DNA of 64,000 nucleotides from an uncultured Acidimicrobiaceae bacterium (GTDB taxonomy: Bacteria > Actinomycetota > Acidimicrobiia > Acidimicrobiales > RAAP-2): the NCBI GenBank assembly GCA_963769775.1, contig CAVYNC010000004.1, positions 95,134-159,133 of the forward strand. Direction: 5' to 3'. The translations under genes were made by a program, and so were the position numbers. Below are positions 30,634-39,639 of this stretch, one piece after another; the first letter of the stretch is position 1, and the number at the start of each line of letters is the position of its first letter. Below the pieces are notes generated by a model, which worked only from the letters and a program-made list of their open reading frames with translations, ran no database searches and was not told where the DNA came from.

Positions 30634-31583
30634 GGGACGGGGGTCCACGGCACGAAGTCTGCGCCCCCTGCGCGGTCGAGCAGGTAGCGGGCCACCGATC
30701 TGCCGAGAGCGGGACCGTCGCTGCCGACCTCCTCGTGGCGGAGGAGCACATGGCCGTCCGGGGAGGCGAGCATCCCGGTGAGCCGCAGCGACTGGGACCC
30801 AGGCACATCCGGGTCGCCAGCGGGAGCCGCGTGCGCGCCGACCGGGAGCGTGCAGCCCCCGCCGAGCTCGGCCAGGAATGCCCGCTCCGCCTCGAGAACG
30901 GTGCGCGCCCCGGGGTCGTCGATCGCGTCCAGCGCCTCGCGGGTGCGCCGGTCGTCGGCACGGCATTCGACGGCGAGCGCCCCCTGACCCGCCTGCGGGA
31001 GCATCGTGGCCGGGTCGAGCACCTCGACTGCCAGATCGGGTGGCGGGTCCCACCCCAGACGGTCGAGAGCCGCCCGTGCGGCGACCACCGCCCCGACGCC
31101 GTCGACCCCGGCCCGGGCGAGACGGGTGGCCAGGTTGCCGCGCAGGTCGGTGAAGGTGAGGTCGGGGCGGAGGTTGGCCAGCTGGACCCGGCGGCGGGCG
31201 GAGCCGGTGGCCACGGTCGCGCCGGTCGGCAAACCGTCGAGGGAGGCGCCCACCAGCACGTCCCGAGGGTCACCCCGCTCGGGAACCGCGGCCAGCACCA
31301 GCCCGGGAACGGTGAGATCCACGGCGGCCGGGAGGTCCTTCGCCGAGTGCACGGCGGCGTCCGCCTCGCCGCGGGTGACCGCAGCCTGCACCTCCTTCAC
31401 GAACACACCCCTGCCACCGAGGTGCGAGAGGGACACGTCCTGTCGACGGTCGCCCTCGGTCTCGACCACCACCAGAACCGACGGCACCTCCGCGGTCCCG
31501 AGCAGCTCAGCCACCCGGTGGGCCTGCCAGAGGGCGAGCGGTGAGCCACGTGTGGCCAGCCGCAGCGGTCGGCTTTCGGTCAT
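30630..31583 (-). CDS. hemC: hydroxymethylbilane synthase (porphobilinogen deaminase)
   Basis: 317-aa ORF with LRLATRGSPLALWQA, GGRGVFVKE, HSAKDLP and LRGNLATRL. Confidence 0.95.
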   Translation of the reverse strand: MTESRPLRLATRGSPLALWQAHRVAELLGTAEVPSVLVVVETEGDRRQDVSLSHLGGRGVFVKEVQAAVTRGEADAAVHSAKDLPAAVDLTVPGLVLAAVPERGDPRDVLVGASLDGLPTGATVATGSARRRVQLANLRPDLTFTDLRGNLATRLARAGVDGVGAVVAARAALDRLGWDPPPDLAVEVLDPATMLPQAGQGALAVECRADDRRTREALDAIDDPGARTVLEAERAFLAELGGGCTLPVGAHAAPAGDPDVPGSQSLRLTGMLASPDGHVLLRHEEVGSDGPALGRSVARYLLDRAGGADFVPWTPVP

Positions 31584-31632
31584 CGAGTCGACGACCCCCT
31601 GACCGGCTCGAATCGACGGCCGGTCAGGGGCA

Positions 31633-32916
31633 CTAGAGGTCGAACAGCGTGCGGAGAGCCTCGACGAGGCGCTCGCCCCGGGGCGTCCCGGCGGCCTCTT
31701 TGAGGGTGACCGTCGGTTGGTGCATGAGCTTGGCCACGATTGCCCTGGTCACCTCGTCGACCTGCTCCCACTGCTCGTCGGTGAGCCCGGAGCGCTTGGC
31801 GCGGCGTCGGTCGAGCTCGGAGCGCCGGGCCTCCTCGACCCGGGATCGGAGTGCCGACACGAGGGGCGCAGCACCCCGCGCCCGGGAGGCCACCCGGTAC
31901 CGCTCGACCTCGTCGGAGACGATGGCACTGGCCGCGGCAACCTCGTCCTCGCGGCCGGAGACGGCATCGGCAACTGCCGCCCGCAGCATTCCCATGTCGA
32001 GGAGGTCGAGTCCGTCGATATCAGAGGCGGACGGCTCCACGTTGCGGGGCACCCCGAGGTCGACCACCAGCATGGCGGGCGAGCCGTCGCGTCCGCTCAG
32101 GGTCTCCTCGAGCAGCGTCCGGTCGATGATCGGGTGGGACGTGCCCACCGTCGTGAAGACCACGTCCGCCCCGGACAGCACCGTGCCGAGGTCGTCGAGG
32201 GACCGGGCCTCGATCATCGGCGCCACCGTGTCGGGCAGTGACGCCACGAGTGCCTCGACCCGCTCCGTGGTGCGGTTGGCCACGACCAGCCGGTCGACGC
32301 CGTGCCCTGCGAGGGCCTGGGCGACCCCCTCCCCCATCTCCCCCGCCCCGACCACCGCCACCCGGGAACCGGTCAGGCCGCCGGCTCGGCGGTCGGCGGC
32401 GAGCGCGACCGCGCCGTGGGAGAGGGAGGTGATCCCGCGGGCGATGGCCGTCTCCGAACGGACCCGCTTGCCGGTCTCGACCGCGTGCCGGAAGAGGGCG
32501 CCGAGCACCGGTCCCGATACCGCCTCCCCCTGGGCCCGCTCCCAGGCACGGCGGACCTGGCCGAGGACCTCCGATTCGCCGAGCACCGCCGAGTCGAGGC
32601 CTGCGGCCACGGTGAACAGATGGGTGGTGACGTCGTCGTCGAAGCGGATGGTGCAGTACTCGGTCAGCGACTCTGGAGGAAGGCCGCTCACCTCGGAGAG
32701 GAACTCCTGGAGCTCGGCGACCCCGTCGTGGAACCGCTCGACCACCGCGTAGACCTCGGTGCGAAGGCAGGTCGACAGGAGGACCGCCTCGGAGAGGTTG
32801 GGCTGGTCGCGGAGTCGACCCAGCGCCTTGGGCAGCCCCGCGTCGGTCACCGAGACGCGATCGACCAGCTCGAGAGGTGCGTGCTTCTGCTCGAGGCCGA
32901 CAACGATCACCGACAC
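31633..32916 (-). CDS. hemA: glutamyl-tRNA reductase
   Basis: 427-aa ORF with LSTCLRTEVY and VVGAGEMG. Confidence 0.95.
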   Translation of the reverse strand: MSVIVVGLEQKHAPLELVDRVSVTDAGLPKALGRLRDQPNLSEAVLLSTCLRTEVYAVVERFHDGVAELQEFLSEVSGLPPESLTEYCTIRFDDDVTTHLFTVAAGLDSAVLGESEVLGQVRRAWERAQGEAVSGPVLGALFRHAVETGKRVRSETAIARGITSLSHGAVALAADRRAGGLTGSRVAVVGAGEMGEGVAQALAGHGVDRLVVANRTTERVEALVASLPDTVAPMIEARSLDDLGTVLSGADVVFTTVGTSHPIIDRTLLEETLSGRDGSPAMLVVDLGVPRNVEPSASDIDGLDLLDMGMLRAAVADAVSGREDEVAAASAIVSDEVERYRVASRARGAAPLVSALRSRVEEARRSELDRRRAKRSGLTDEQWEQVDEVTRAIVAKLMHQPTVTLKEAAGTPRGERLVEALRTLFDL

Positions 32917-33137
32917 GGGACCACCGCCTCGCCGTCTGCGTTCACTCGGTCGGTCAATGGATCACGCTCTGTCGGCTCGTACGCCGGCACGTCGAAGGGA
33001 CGCACGCCCCAACCCTACCGAGTAGGGCGGCTCGGGCGGTCCGGATCGGTATCCGGCGGCCACACAGCTTGGCGGTCCGGGGGCGTTGTGCGCCAGTCGC
33101 GCACCGGTCGGGTGCGGCTGCCCGGAGACGGTCGGCT

Positions 33138-33899
33138 TCAGTCGATCGGGCCCGGGGTAGGGCTCGGGGTCAGGCCGATCGAGCGGATGACCGGCATGCG
33201 GTCCTCCGACTCGTCCGCCACCCGGCGGGCCTGGTAGAAGCTCATGACCTGGAGCTCGATGCTCAGGTCGACGTAGCGGAGCAGGACATCGGAGGGCACC
33301 TCGAGCACCCGCGGCGCGAAATTGAGGAGTGAGCGCACCCCTGCGCCGACCATCTGGTCGGCGACCCGCTGTGCCACCGTCGCGGGGGTGGTGATCACCC
33401 CGATTGCCAGGGGCTCGTCGGCGGCGATGGTAGGCAGATCGTCGGGGTGACGGACCAGCACGCCGTCCAGCCGTTCGCCGATGATGGAGGGGTCGGTGTC
33501 CAGCAGGGCGGTCACCCGGAAGTTGCGTGCCGCGAACCCCTGGGAGCGCGCGAGCGCCCGGCCCAGGTTCCCGATCCCGGCGATGACCACCGGCCAGATG
33601 CGGTCGAGCCCGAGCTGGCGGTCGATCTGCTCGATGAGGAATGCAGTGTCGTAGCCCGCTCCGCGGGTGCCGAACGAGCCGAGGAGGGAGAGGTCCTTGC
33701 GGACCTTGGCCGCGTTGACCTGAGCGGCGGATGCGAGCAGCTCCGAGGAGACCGTGGTGGTACCGGAGCGGAGCAGTTCTTCGAGGATGCGCTGGTAGAC
33801 CGGCAGCCGGGCGACTGTGGCCTCAGGGATGCGGCGGCCGTGCGCGTTCGACGCCGCGGGCCGCGGCGGACCGGTCGGATCGGGGGATCGATTGACCAC
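33138..33899 (-). CDS. rex: redox-sensing transcriptional repressor Rex
   Basis: C-terminal part of ORF 33138..34415, from GTG 33899. Contains IPEATVARLPVYQRILEEL, VSSELLA, VVIAGIGNLGRALA and LNFAP. Confidence 0.9.
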   Translation of the reverse strand: MVNRSPDPTGPPRPAASNAHGRRIPEATVARLPVYQRILEELLRSGTTTVSSELLASAAQVNAAKVRKDLSLLGSFGTRGAGYDTAFLIEQIDRQLGLDRIWPVVIAGIGNLGRALARSQGFAARNFRVTALLDTDPSIIGERLDGVLVRHPDDLPTIAADEPLAIGVITTPATVAQRVADQMVGAGVRSLLNFAPRVLEVPSDVLLRYVDLSIELQVMSFYQARRVADESEDRMPVIRSIGLTPSPTPGPID

Positions 33900-33960
33900 A
33901 GGCTGGATCGTAGGACGGCGCGGCGGCGGGGCGGAAGCCCGACCCCGCCCGCCGGTCGGA

Positions 33961-34884
33961 TCAGCCGGCCATCCGGAGCGCCACCGCCCGCCCCTGGCGG
34001 TCGATGCCCAGGTGGACGGCTGCCGAAGACCGGTCGAGCACCAGCGCCGGCCGGCCGTTGGCGTCGAGGAGGAGGCCGAGCTGACCGGGATCGAGCTCAC
34101 CGAACGCAGCGACCCGGCGCACATCGATCCATACGCCGAACCCCGTCGGGGCGTCATCGGTCCGACACGCCGGCGTGCCGCTCGGGACCGGGCCCGGACC
34201 GAGCGCGATCTGCAGCCGCACCCCGGGGGTTCCGAGGATGTCAGCGGACGCGTGGGCGTCGACCTGCAGCTGGACGTTGCCGAACCTGTCGATCCACCCG
34301 ACCGACGCGACCAGTACCGGGCCGACACCGGGCACGGGGCCCGGTTCCGGTGCCGGCGCTCCCAGCGTGACCAGTGTCGCCGGGTCGACGGACGGACCGA
34401 GGTCGTCGGGATCACGCCCGAGTGCCAAATGGGCGGCGGCCGGGGCGAAGACGTCCCGCCCGTCGAAGGTGGCTCCGGCCGAGATCCGATCTATCCGGGC
34501 CCCGCTCGCCAGCACCACCCGCTCGGCGCCCCCGAGCACGTCCGCCGCGGGGACGAGCAGCCCGTTGTCGGGTCCGACCAACCAGGCCGGTCCGTCGGTC
34601 GCCCGGACCCCGATGGCCAACGGGCGCCGATCGCTCCCGACCCCGGGGTCGACCACTGCCAGCACGACCCCTACACCGAGGTGGGGGACCGTACGGGCCA
34701 GGAGGGCGGCGCCGGCGGCCACGTCGAACGGCCGGATCCGGTGGGAGAGGTCGATGACCGGCACCGAGGGTGCGTGCCGGTGGAGGACCGCGTGTACGAC
34801 GCCTACGAACTCGTCGTCGAGTCCGTAGTCGGAGAGGAAGAAGACTGCCGGCGTCTCGGCCCTGGCCGGGCCGGGCGGGATCAC
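33961..34884 (-). CDS. SAM hydrolase / SAM-dependent halogenase family protein (DUF62)
   Basis: 307-aa ORF with FFLSDYGLDDEFVGVVHAV, VVDPGVG, GPDNGLL and IDRFGN. Confidence 0.8.
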   Translation of the reverse strand: MIPPGPARAETPAVFFLSDYGLDDEFVGVVHAVLHRHAPSVPVIDLSHRIRPFDVAAGAALLARTVPHLGVGVVLAVVDPGVGSDRRPLAIGVRATDGPAWLVGPDNGLLVPAADVLGGAERVVLASGARIDRISAGATFDGRDVFAPAAAHLALGRDPDDLGPSVDPATLVTLGAPAPEPGPVPGVGPVLVASVGWIDRFGNVQLQVDAHASADILGTPGVRLQIALGPGPVPSGTPACRTDDAPTGFGVWIDVRRVAAFGELDPGQLGLLLDANGRPALVLDRSSAAVHLGIDRQGRAVALRMAG

Positions 34885-35672
34885 CGACCGAGCTGCCTCG
34901 ACCGCTCGGTCGCCGCGACCACCGCCTCGATGAACGCTGAACGGACCGCCTTGAACTCGAGGGTGCGCAGCGCTGCGGCCGTTGTGCCTCCCGGCGAGGT
35001 CACCGCGGCACGTAGCTCGGCGGGGTCCTCACCCGTCTCGTCCAGCATGCGCGAGGACCCGACCAGCGTGCCCACCACCAGCCTGCGGCTCGACTCCCGG
35101 GACAGCCCGGCGGTGACCCCGGCCTCGATCAGGGCCTCGGCGACCAGGAAGACGTACGCGGGTCCCGACCCCGAGATGGCGGTGACCGCGTCGAGGTGCC
35201 GCTCCGGCAGCCGGACCACGGTACCGACCGCGCCGAGGATCCCCTCGGCCCAATCCAGGTCGGCAGCGGTCGCCGCGACGCCCCCGGACAGGCCGGCGAC
35301 GCCGGCCCCGATGAGCGAGGGGGTGTTGGGCATGGCGCGCAGCACGACACTGCCGGCGGGCAGGGCGGCCTCGAGGCGGGCCGAGTTCAGACCGGCCACG
35401 ATGGAGAGCACCCGCCGCACGCCAGTGGTCGCGAGCGTGCGGAGCACGGACTCGGCGACATCGGGCTTCACCGCGAGGAGGACGTCCCCGGCCTCGGCAG
35501 GTCCGGCGGTCACTGTCAGCCCGGGGTGCGCCTCTTCCAGATGCCGTCGTCGGGACTGGTCGGTTTCGGTCACCCAGAGGTCGCCCGCCTCGGCCCAACC
35601 CGCGCCGAGGAGCCCGGTCACCAGGGCCCCACCCATCGTTCCGCCGCCCACCACCAGGAGTTTGGGAGCCAT
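34881..35672 (-). CDS. proC: pyrroline-5-carboxylate reductase
   Basis: 263-aa ORF with VVGGGTMGGAL, RAMPNTP, SGSGPAYVF and VTSPGGTT. Confidence 0.95.
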   Translation of the reverse strand: MAPKLLVVGGGTMGGALVTGLLGAGWAEAGDLWVTETDQSRRRHLEEAHPGLTVTAGPAEAGDVLLAVKPDVAESVLRTLATTGVRRVLSIVAGLNSARLEAALPAGSVVLRAMPNTPSLIGAGVAGLSGGVAATAADLDWAEGILGAVGTVVRLPERHLDAVTAISGSGPAYVFLVAEALIEAGVTAGLSRESSRRLVVGTLVGSSRMLDETGEDPAELRAAVTSPGGTTAAALRTLEFKAVRSAFIEAVVAATERSRQLGR

Positions 35673-35743
35673 GGGCGAACGCTACCAGTGGGCCCTCTGC
35701 GGTCCGGGAGCCCGTCTCCCCCTCGAGCGCCCGCGGGTACGGG

Positions 35744-36259
35744 TCAGGACGTGACCGGGCCCCTGGACCGCGGGCGGCGGTACCGGCCCTCGTAGCCGAT
35801 GGACATGGCCGTCGGGAAGCATTCGTCGGTGTAGGCGAGCGAGGCGCCCACGATCCGGTCGAGCTCGTCGTCGTCCACCCGGGCGACCGGCACCCGGCCC
35901 ACGAGGTAGATGGCATCCTCGGCACCGAGCGCGAAGGAGACTCCCGCCATGTCGGCGTTGCGACGGAGCAGGTACTCCCAGGTCGCCTGCGTGTTGGTCT
36001 CCGGAGCGGGCATGAACTGGGCCTCATGGCGGAGGGTCCGCTGGCGCAACGTGAGCCACACCGTCACGAATTCCTTCTCCTCGCCGCGCAGCCGGAGGTA
36101 CCACCGCGGCGCCCCCGTGATCGGGTCGCCGCCCACCTGGCGGTCGACCGCGACCAGTGCACCGCCCGCGGCCAGCTCCCGCTCGGCCCATGTGTCGATC
36201 CTGGCGCAGACCTGCTCGCGCTCGTCGGGGCCGAGAATGCCGGCCCACTCGTCGGTCAC
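35744..36259 (-). CDS. YbjN-domain-like hypothetical protein (conserved downstream partner of mshA)
   Basis: 171-aa reading from GTG 36259 (GTGA overlap with the mshA stop): VTDEWAGILGPDEREQV...WYLRLRGEEKEFVTVWLTL...IYLVGRVP. Confidence 0.6.
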   Translation of the reverse strand: MTDEWAGILGPDEREQVCARIDTWAERELAAGGALVAVDRQVGGDPITGAPRWYLRLRGEEKEFVTVWLTLRQRTLRHEAQFMPAPETNTQATWEYLLRRNADMAGVSFALGAEDAIYLVGRVPVARVDDDELDRIVGASLAYTDECFPTAMSIGYEGRYRRPRSRGPVTS

Positions 36260-37518
36260 GAGCACTCGACGAGGCGACCGGTGGTGAGCTCCGCGTAGAT
36301 CTCGACGAGCAGGTGAGCGGCGCGCGCCCAGGTGTAGCGACGGGCCCGGAGGACCGCCCCGGTGCACAACCGCTCGGCGAGGAGTGGCTCTGCCAGGATC
36401 TGGCGTACCCACGCCGCATAGGCCTCGGGATCGGACTCCTCCACCAGGAAGCCCGTCCTCCCGTGGTCGACCAGGCTGCGCAGGCCGCCGACGTCGGAGG
36501 CGACCACAGGCGTGCCACAGGCCGCCGCTTCGAGGGCGACCAGCCCGAAGGACTCCGACCGGCTCGGGACCAGGCAGACGTCGGCCGCCCGGTAGAAGGT
36601 CGAGAGCAGCTCGTGTGGACGGGGGGGCACGAACACCACGTGCCGCTCGAGCCCGAGATCGGCGACCAGGGAGACGATGCGTTCCGTCTCCTCTTGCCCG
36701 TGGGGTCCGCTCGGTCCGCCGACCACGACCAGGTGGGCGTCAGGATGGTCCCGCACCAGTGACGCGAGGGCCGCGACTGCGACACCGACGCCCTTGAGGG
36801 GTTGGATGCGACCGACGAAGAGCATCAGGGGACCCTCGGCAGGCAGCCCCAGGGCCCGGCGGGCCTGGGCCCGGTCGCCGGGTCCGAAGAAGGCGTGCTC
36901 GACTCCGGGGGCGACGATGCGAATGCGGGAGGGATCGGCCCCGTACAGCTCGGAGATCTGGGCCGCCTCGACCGAACAGGATGCGAGCACCGTGTCCGAG
37001 CATCGGATGACGGTGGCCTCGGCTTCTGCACGGAGGTGGGAGGAGTCGGCCTCGACCTCCTCGGGACTGGCCTCCGCCTTGACCCGGTCGAGGGTGTGGA
37101 AGGTCGACACCAGCGGCAGGTTGAGCTGGTGCTTTATGCTGTGGCCGGCCACCCCGCTCAGCCAGTAATTGGCGTGGACGGCGTCGAAGGGAGGGACGTC
37201 CTCACCACCGTAGGCACCGGAGGTGAGGATCGACTTGAGCACGCCCTCGGCGAACTCGTCGACGACGCCCGGGAGCAACTCCTTGGCCATGGGTCTCGGC
37301 GGCCCGGCCGGGATGTGGTGGACGCGGAGGCCGGGCTCGATGTCGAGGACCGAAGGGAGGTCGTCAGACCAGGCTCTCGTGTACACCTCGCAGAGCACGC
37401 CGGCCCGGGCCAGTGCGGACGAGAGTTCGCGCACGTAGACGTTCATGCCACCGCCGTCCCCGGTACCGGGCTGGGCCAGGGGCGAGGTGTGGAGGGAGAG
37501 GACGGCCAGACGCTTCAT
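36256..37518 (-). CDS. mshA: D-inositol-3-phosphate glycosyltransferase (mycothiol biosynthesis)
   Basis: 420-aa GT4 ORF with LSLHTSPLAQPGTGDGGGMNVYVRELS, and ESFGLVALEAAACGTPVV. Confidence 0.9.
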   Translation of the reverse strand: MKRLAVLSLHTSPLAQPGTGDGGGMNVYVRELSSALARAGVLCEVYTRAWSDDLPSVLDIEPGLRVHHIPAGPPRPMAKELLPGVVDEFAEGVLKSILTSGAYGGEDVPPFDAVHANYWLSGVAGHSIKHQLNLPLVSTFHTLDRVKAEASPEEVEADSSHLRAEAEATVIRCSDTVLASCSVEAAQISELYGADPSRIRIVAPGVEHAFFGPGDRAQARRALGLPAEGPLMLFVGRIQPLKGVGVAVAALASLVRDHPDAHLVVVGGPSGPHGQEETERIVSLVADLGLERHVVFVPPRPHELLSTFYRAADVCLVPSRSESFGLVALEAAACGTPVVASDVGGLRSLVDHGRTGFLVEESDPEAYAAWVRQILAEPLLAERLCTGAVLRARRYTWARAAHLLVEIYAELTTGRLVECS

Positions 37519-37547
37519 GCGCGGACGATCCTACCGGGAGGCCCCCG

Positions 37548-38024
37548 TCACCCGGCAGCTGCCGATCCGGCCGCACCCGTAACCGGCTCCCCCTCATCGG
37601 TGGCCGCCCCGGGTCCGTTCCCGGGCACGATCCCGTCCAGGTTCTCGTTGTCGTGGCGGAAGGAGAGGTAGATCTGCAGCATGGCCTGGCGCTGTTCCTC
37701 GGTGAGGTGGTGGTCGGCGAAGATGTGGCGCGACAGATCGGTGTCCCCGTCGGGGCGCTCGAGGATCCCGGCCTGGACGTAGAGGGTCTCCGCCGAGATG
37801 CGGAGCGCCTTGGCGATCTGCTGGAGGATCTCGGCCGACGGTCGCCGCAGACCACGCTCGATCTGGCTCAGATACGGGTTGGAGATCCCGGCGAGCTCCG
37901 AGAGGCGACGCAGCGAGAGCCGTGCAGAGTTGCGCTGCTCCCGGATGAACGACCCGAGCTCGTTGAGCCGTTCGGGGAGCTCCTTGACGAACTGGTTCCC
38001 GTCCTGGTGCGACGGGTCGTTCAC
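37548..38024 (-). CDS. XRE-family helix-turn-helix transcriptional regulator
   Basis: 158 aa from GTG 38024 (GTGA overlap with the upstream stop). Contains LGSFIREQRNSARLSLRRLSELAGISNPYLSQIERGLRRPSAEILQQIAKAL. Confidence 0.85.
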   Translation of the reverse strand: MNDPSHQDGNQFVKELPERLNELGSFIREQRNSARLSLRRLSELAGISNPYLSQIERGLRRPSAEILQQIAKALRISAETLYVQAGILERPDGDTDLSRHIFADHHLTEEQRQAMLQIYLSFRHDNENLDGIVPGNGPGAATDEGEPVTGAAGSAAAG

Positions 38025-38563
38025 GAGAGCAGACCGTCGACCGATGCGCGCCCCGACTTGTGGCGCTCGACGAGCTCCGCCTGGAGGACGTCGATCCGCT
38101 CGTGGAGGGCGCGCCGGTCGAACGAGACCGACCGCTCGAGGTCGCCGAGGCGATCGGCCAGATCGCGGAGCTGGACCGGGTCGAGGTCGGCGAGCGTGCC
38201 GATCTCGTCGATCCCGAGGATCGCGTCGAGCTCCGCGGTGAGATCGGACTCCTCGGTGTCCGGGGCGAGCAGCATGGGCAGGCGTCCGGGGCCGGACGGA
38301 CGTCCGGGACCGGACGAGAGGATGCCGGCCAGCTCGTCGACGAGGCTGGCCAGGTCGGGAGCGGCCCCGCCCTCGGGGCGGTCGATGAAGGCGTGCACGA
38401 TGTCGAGCCGGCCCTGGATGAGGCGCCGGAGGTAGGAGAGGGCGACCTCGGCCTCCTGGCATTCGGTGCGCATGGCGCGGATCTCGTCGAGCGACCGGCT
38501 CCCCACGTCGTCGAGGTAGGTGCTGGTCAGCAGGCGGCCGAGATCATCCTTGTGGCTGGGCAT
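38021..38563 (-). CDS. RsiG-like coiled-coil protein carrying two c-di-GMP-binding-type E(X)3S(X)2R(X)3Q/H(X)3D motifs (candidate anti-sigma)
   Basis: 180 aa from ATG 38563. Motif 1: E39-VAL-S43-YL-R46-RLI-Q50-GRL-D54. Motif 2: E143-RSV-S147-FD-R150-RAL-H154-ERI-D158. The motifs are 104 aa apart on predicted helices. Confidence 0.55.
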   Translation of the reverse strand: MPSHKDDLGRLLTSTYLDDVGSRSLDEIRAMRTECQEAEVALSYLRRLIQGRLDIVHAFIDRPEGGAAPDLASLVDELAGILSSGPGRPSGPGRLPMLLAPDTEESDLTAELDAILGIDEIGTLADLDPVQLRDLADRLGDLERSVSFDRRALHERIDVLQAELVERHKSGRASVDGLLS

Positions 38564-39017
38564 CGGATCGATCGTACTCCCCCGGCCACGGGCCACGGCT
38601 GCTCCGTCCGGGAGGGGCGTACCGGTAGACGGCTCGCCCGACCAGGGCAGACCGGGCAACAGGACCGAAGATCCGGCTGTCGCTGCTGCGTTCGGCAGCG
38701 TCGCCGAGCACCTCCAGCGTGCCCGACGCGCGGTCCACGCGTGCGACCCGCTTGACCAGCACCCGGGAGCGGTCCCGTGGATCACGGACAGCGACCACCG
38801 CTCCCGGCTCCGGCCAGGCCGGCGGCCCGAAGGGCCGGCCGACCACCACGAGGCGGTCCCCGGCGAGCAGGGCCGGGGCCATCGACCCGCCCACCACCAC
38901 GACCCGGCGCACGGACCGGGCCGCGGTCACTCCGGCAAGGACTGCCAGGGCGGATGCCGTGAAACGCACGGTCCGCGGGCGGTGGAACCTGGGTAAGGTG
39001 GCGCCGGTGTGGCCCAT
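38544..39017 (-). CDS. sodX: Ni-SOD maturation protease, S26 signal-peptidase-like
   Basis: 157-aa ORF with VVVGGSMAPAL (Ser nucleophile context) and VKRVA (Lys). It is divergent from sodN. Confidence 0.8.
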   Translation of the reverse strand: MGHTGATLPRFHRPRTVRFTASALAVLAGVTAARSVRRVVVVGGSMAPALLAGDRLVVVGRPFGPPAWPEPGAVVAVRDPRDRSRVLVKRVARVDRASGTLEVLGDAAERSSDSRIFGPVARSALVGRAVYRYAPPGRSSRGPWPGEYDRSDAQPQG

Positions 39018-39033
39018 GCCTCACTCTGTAGCA

Positions 39034-39084
39034 GACGGTCTCTGAAGCGGACGGTCCCCTATAGGACGGTCATGGGCAGACGGT
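39034..39084. promoter_or_regulatory. four direct RGACGGTS repeats at 14-16 bp spacing in the sodX/sodN divergent region
   Basis: GACGGT occurs at 39034, 39050, 39065 and 39079. Two inverted GACGGC copies lie at 39126-39131 and 39134-39139. Confidence 0.4.
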
Positions 39085-39152
39085 GCCGAGCAAGACGTCC
39101 GTTCGGCTCCGGGTCGCCTGCGGCAGCCGTCCCGCCGTCTGTGCGACTGTTT

Positions 39153-39175
39153 GTTGCATCCGTAGTTGCATCCGT
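39153..39175 (+). promoter_or_regulatory. tandem 11-of-12-bp direct repeat GTTGCATCCGT x2 about 30-50 nt upstream of the sodN ATG (TTGCA half-sites)
   Basis: GTTGCATCCGT a GTTGCATCCGT. The position fits the promoter/operator zone of sodN. Confidence 0.4.
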
Positions 39176-39205
39176 CCCCGATCCCAGGAAAGCCGAGGAG
39201 TCACC

Positions 39206-39623
39206 ATGCGCATCGCCGACCACCTGCTCGCCCTCGCCGACCGCCTGTCGCCGCCGAGCACTGTCCACGCCCACTGCGACCTCCCCTGCGGTGTCTACGA
39301 TCCGGCCCAGGCCCGCATCGAGGCGGAGTCGGTCAAAGCCACCATGGAGAAGTACAACGCCTCCAACGACGAGGCCTTCAAGGTCCGGGCCATCCTGATC
39401 AAGGAGGAGCGCTCCGACCTGGTCAAGCACCACCTCTGGGTGCTCTGGACGGACTACTTCAAGCCGGAGCACCTCAAGCGCTTCCCCGATCTCCACGACA
39501 TGTTCTGGAAGGCCACCAAGACAGCCGGAGAGGCCAAGAAGACCAACGACGTGGCGGTGGCCGACCGGCTCCTGCTCGGAGATCGCCGCCATCGACAAGA
39601 TGTTCTGGGAGTCGAAGAAGTAG
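39206..39623 (+). pseudogene. sodN: nickel superoxide dismutase precursor, one frameshift near the 3' end as assembled
   Basis: GAGGAG RBS, then MRIADHLLALADRLSPPSTVHA (pro-peptide) followed by the Ni-hook HCDLPCGVYDP. The frame slips near 39575-39580. The corrected tail EIAAIDKMFWESKK stops at TAG 39621-39623. Confidence 0.9.
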
Positions 39624-39639
39624 GAGCGGAGCGGGCCGC

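Noticed and set aside
37548-38563. Toxin-antitoxin reading of the overlapping small-gene pair (coiled-coil protein + XRE HTH).
   Set aside because: The non-HTH partner is an acidic helical protein with RsiG-type motifs and no resemblance to known toxin folds. The pair is embedded in a conserved housekeeping operon run rather than a mobile context.
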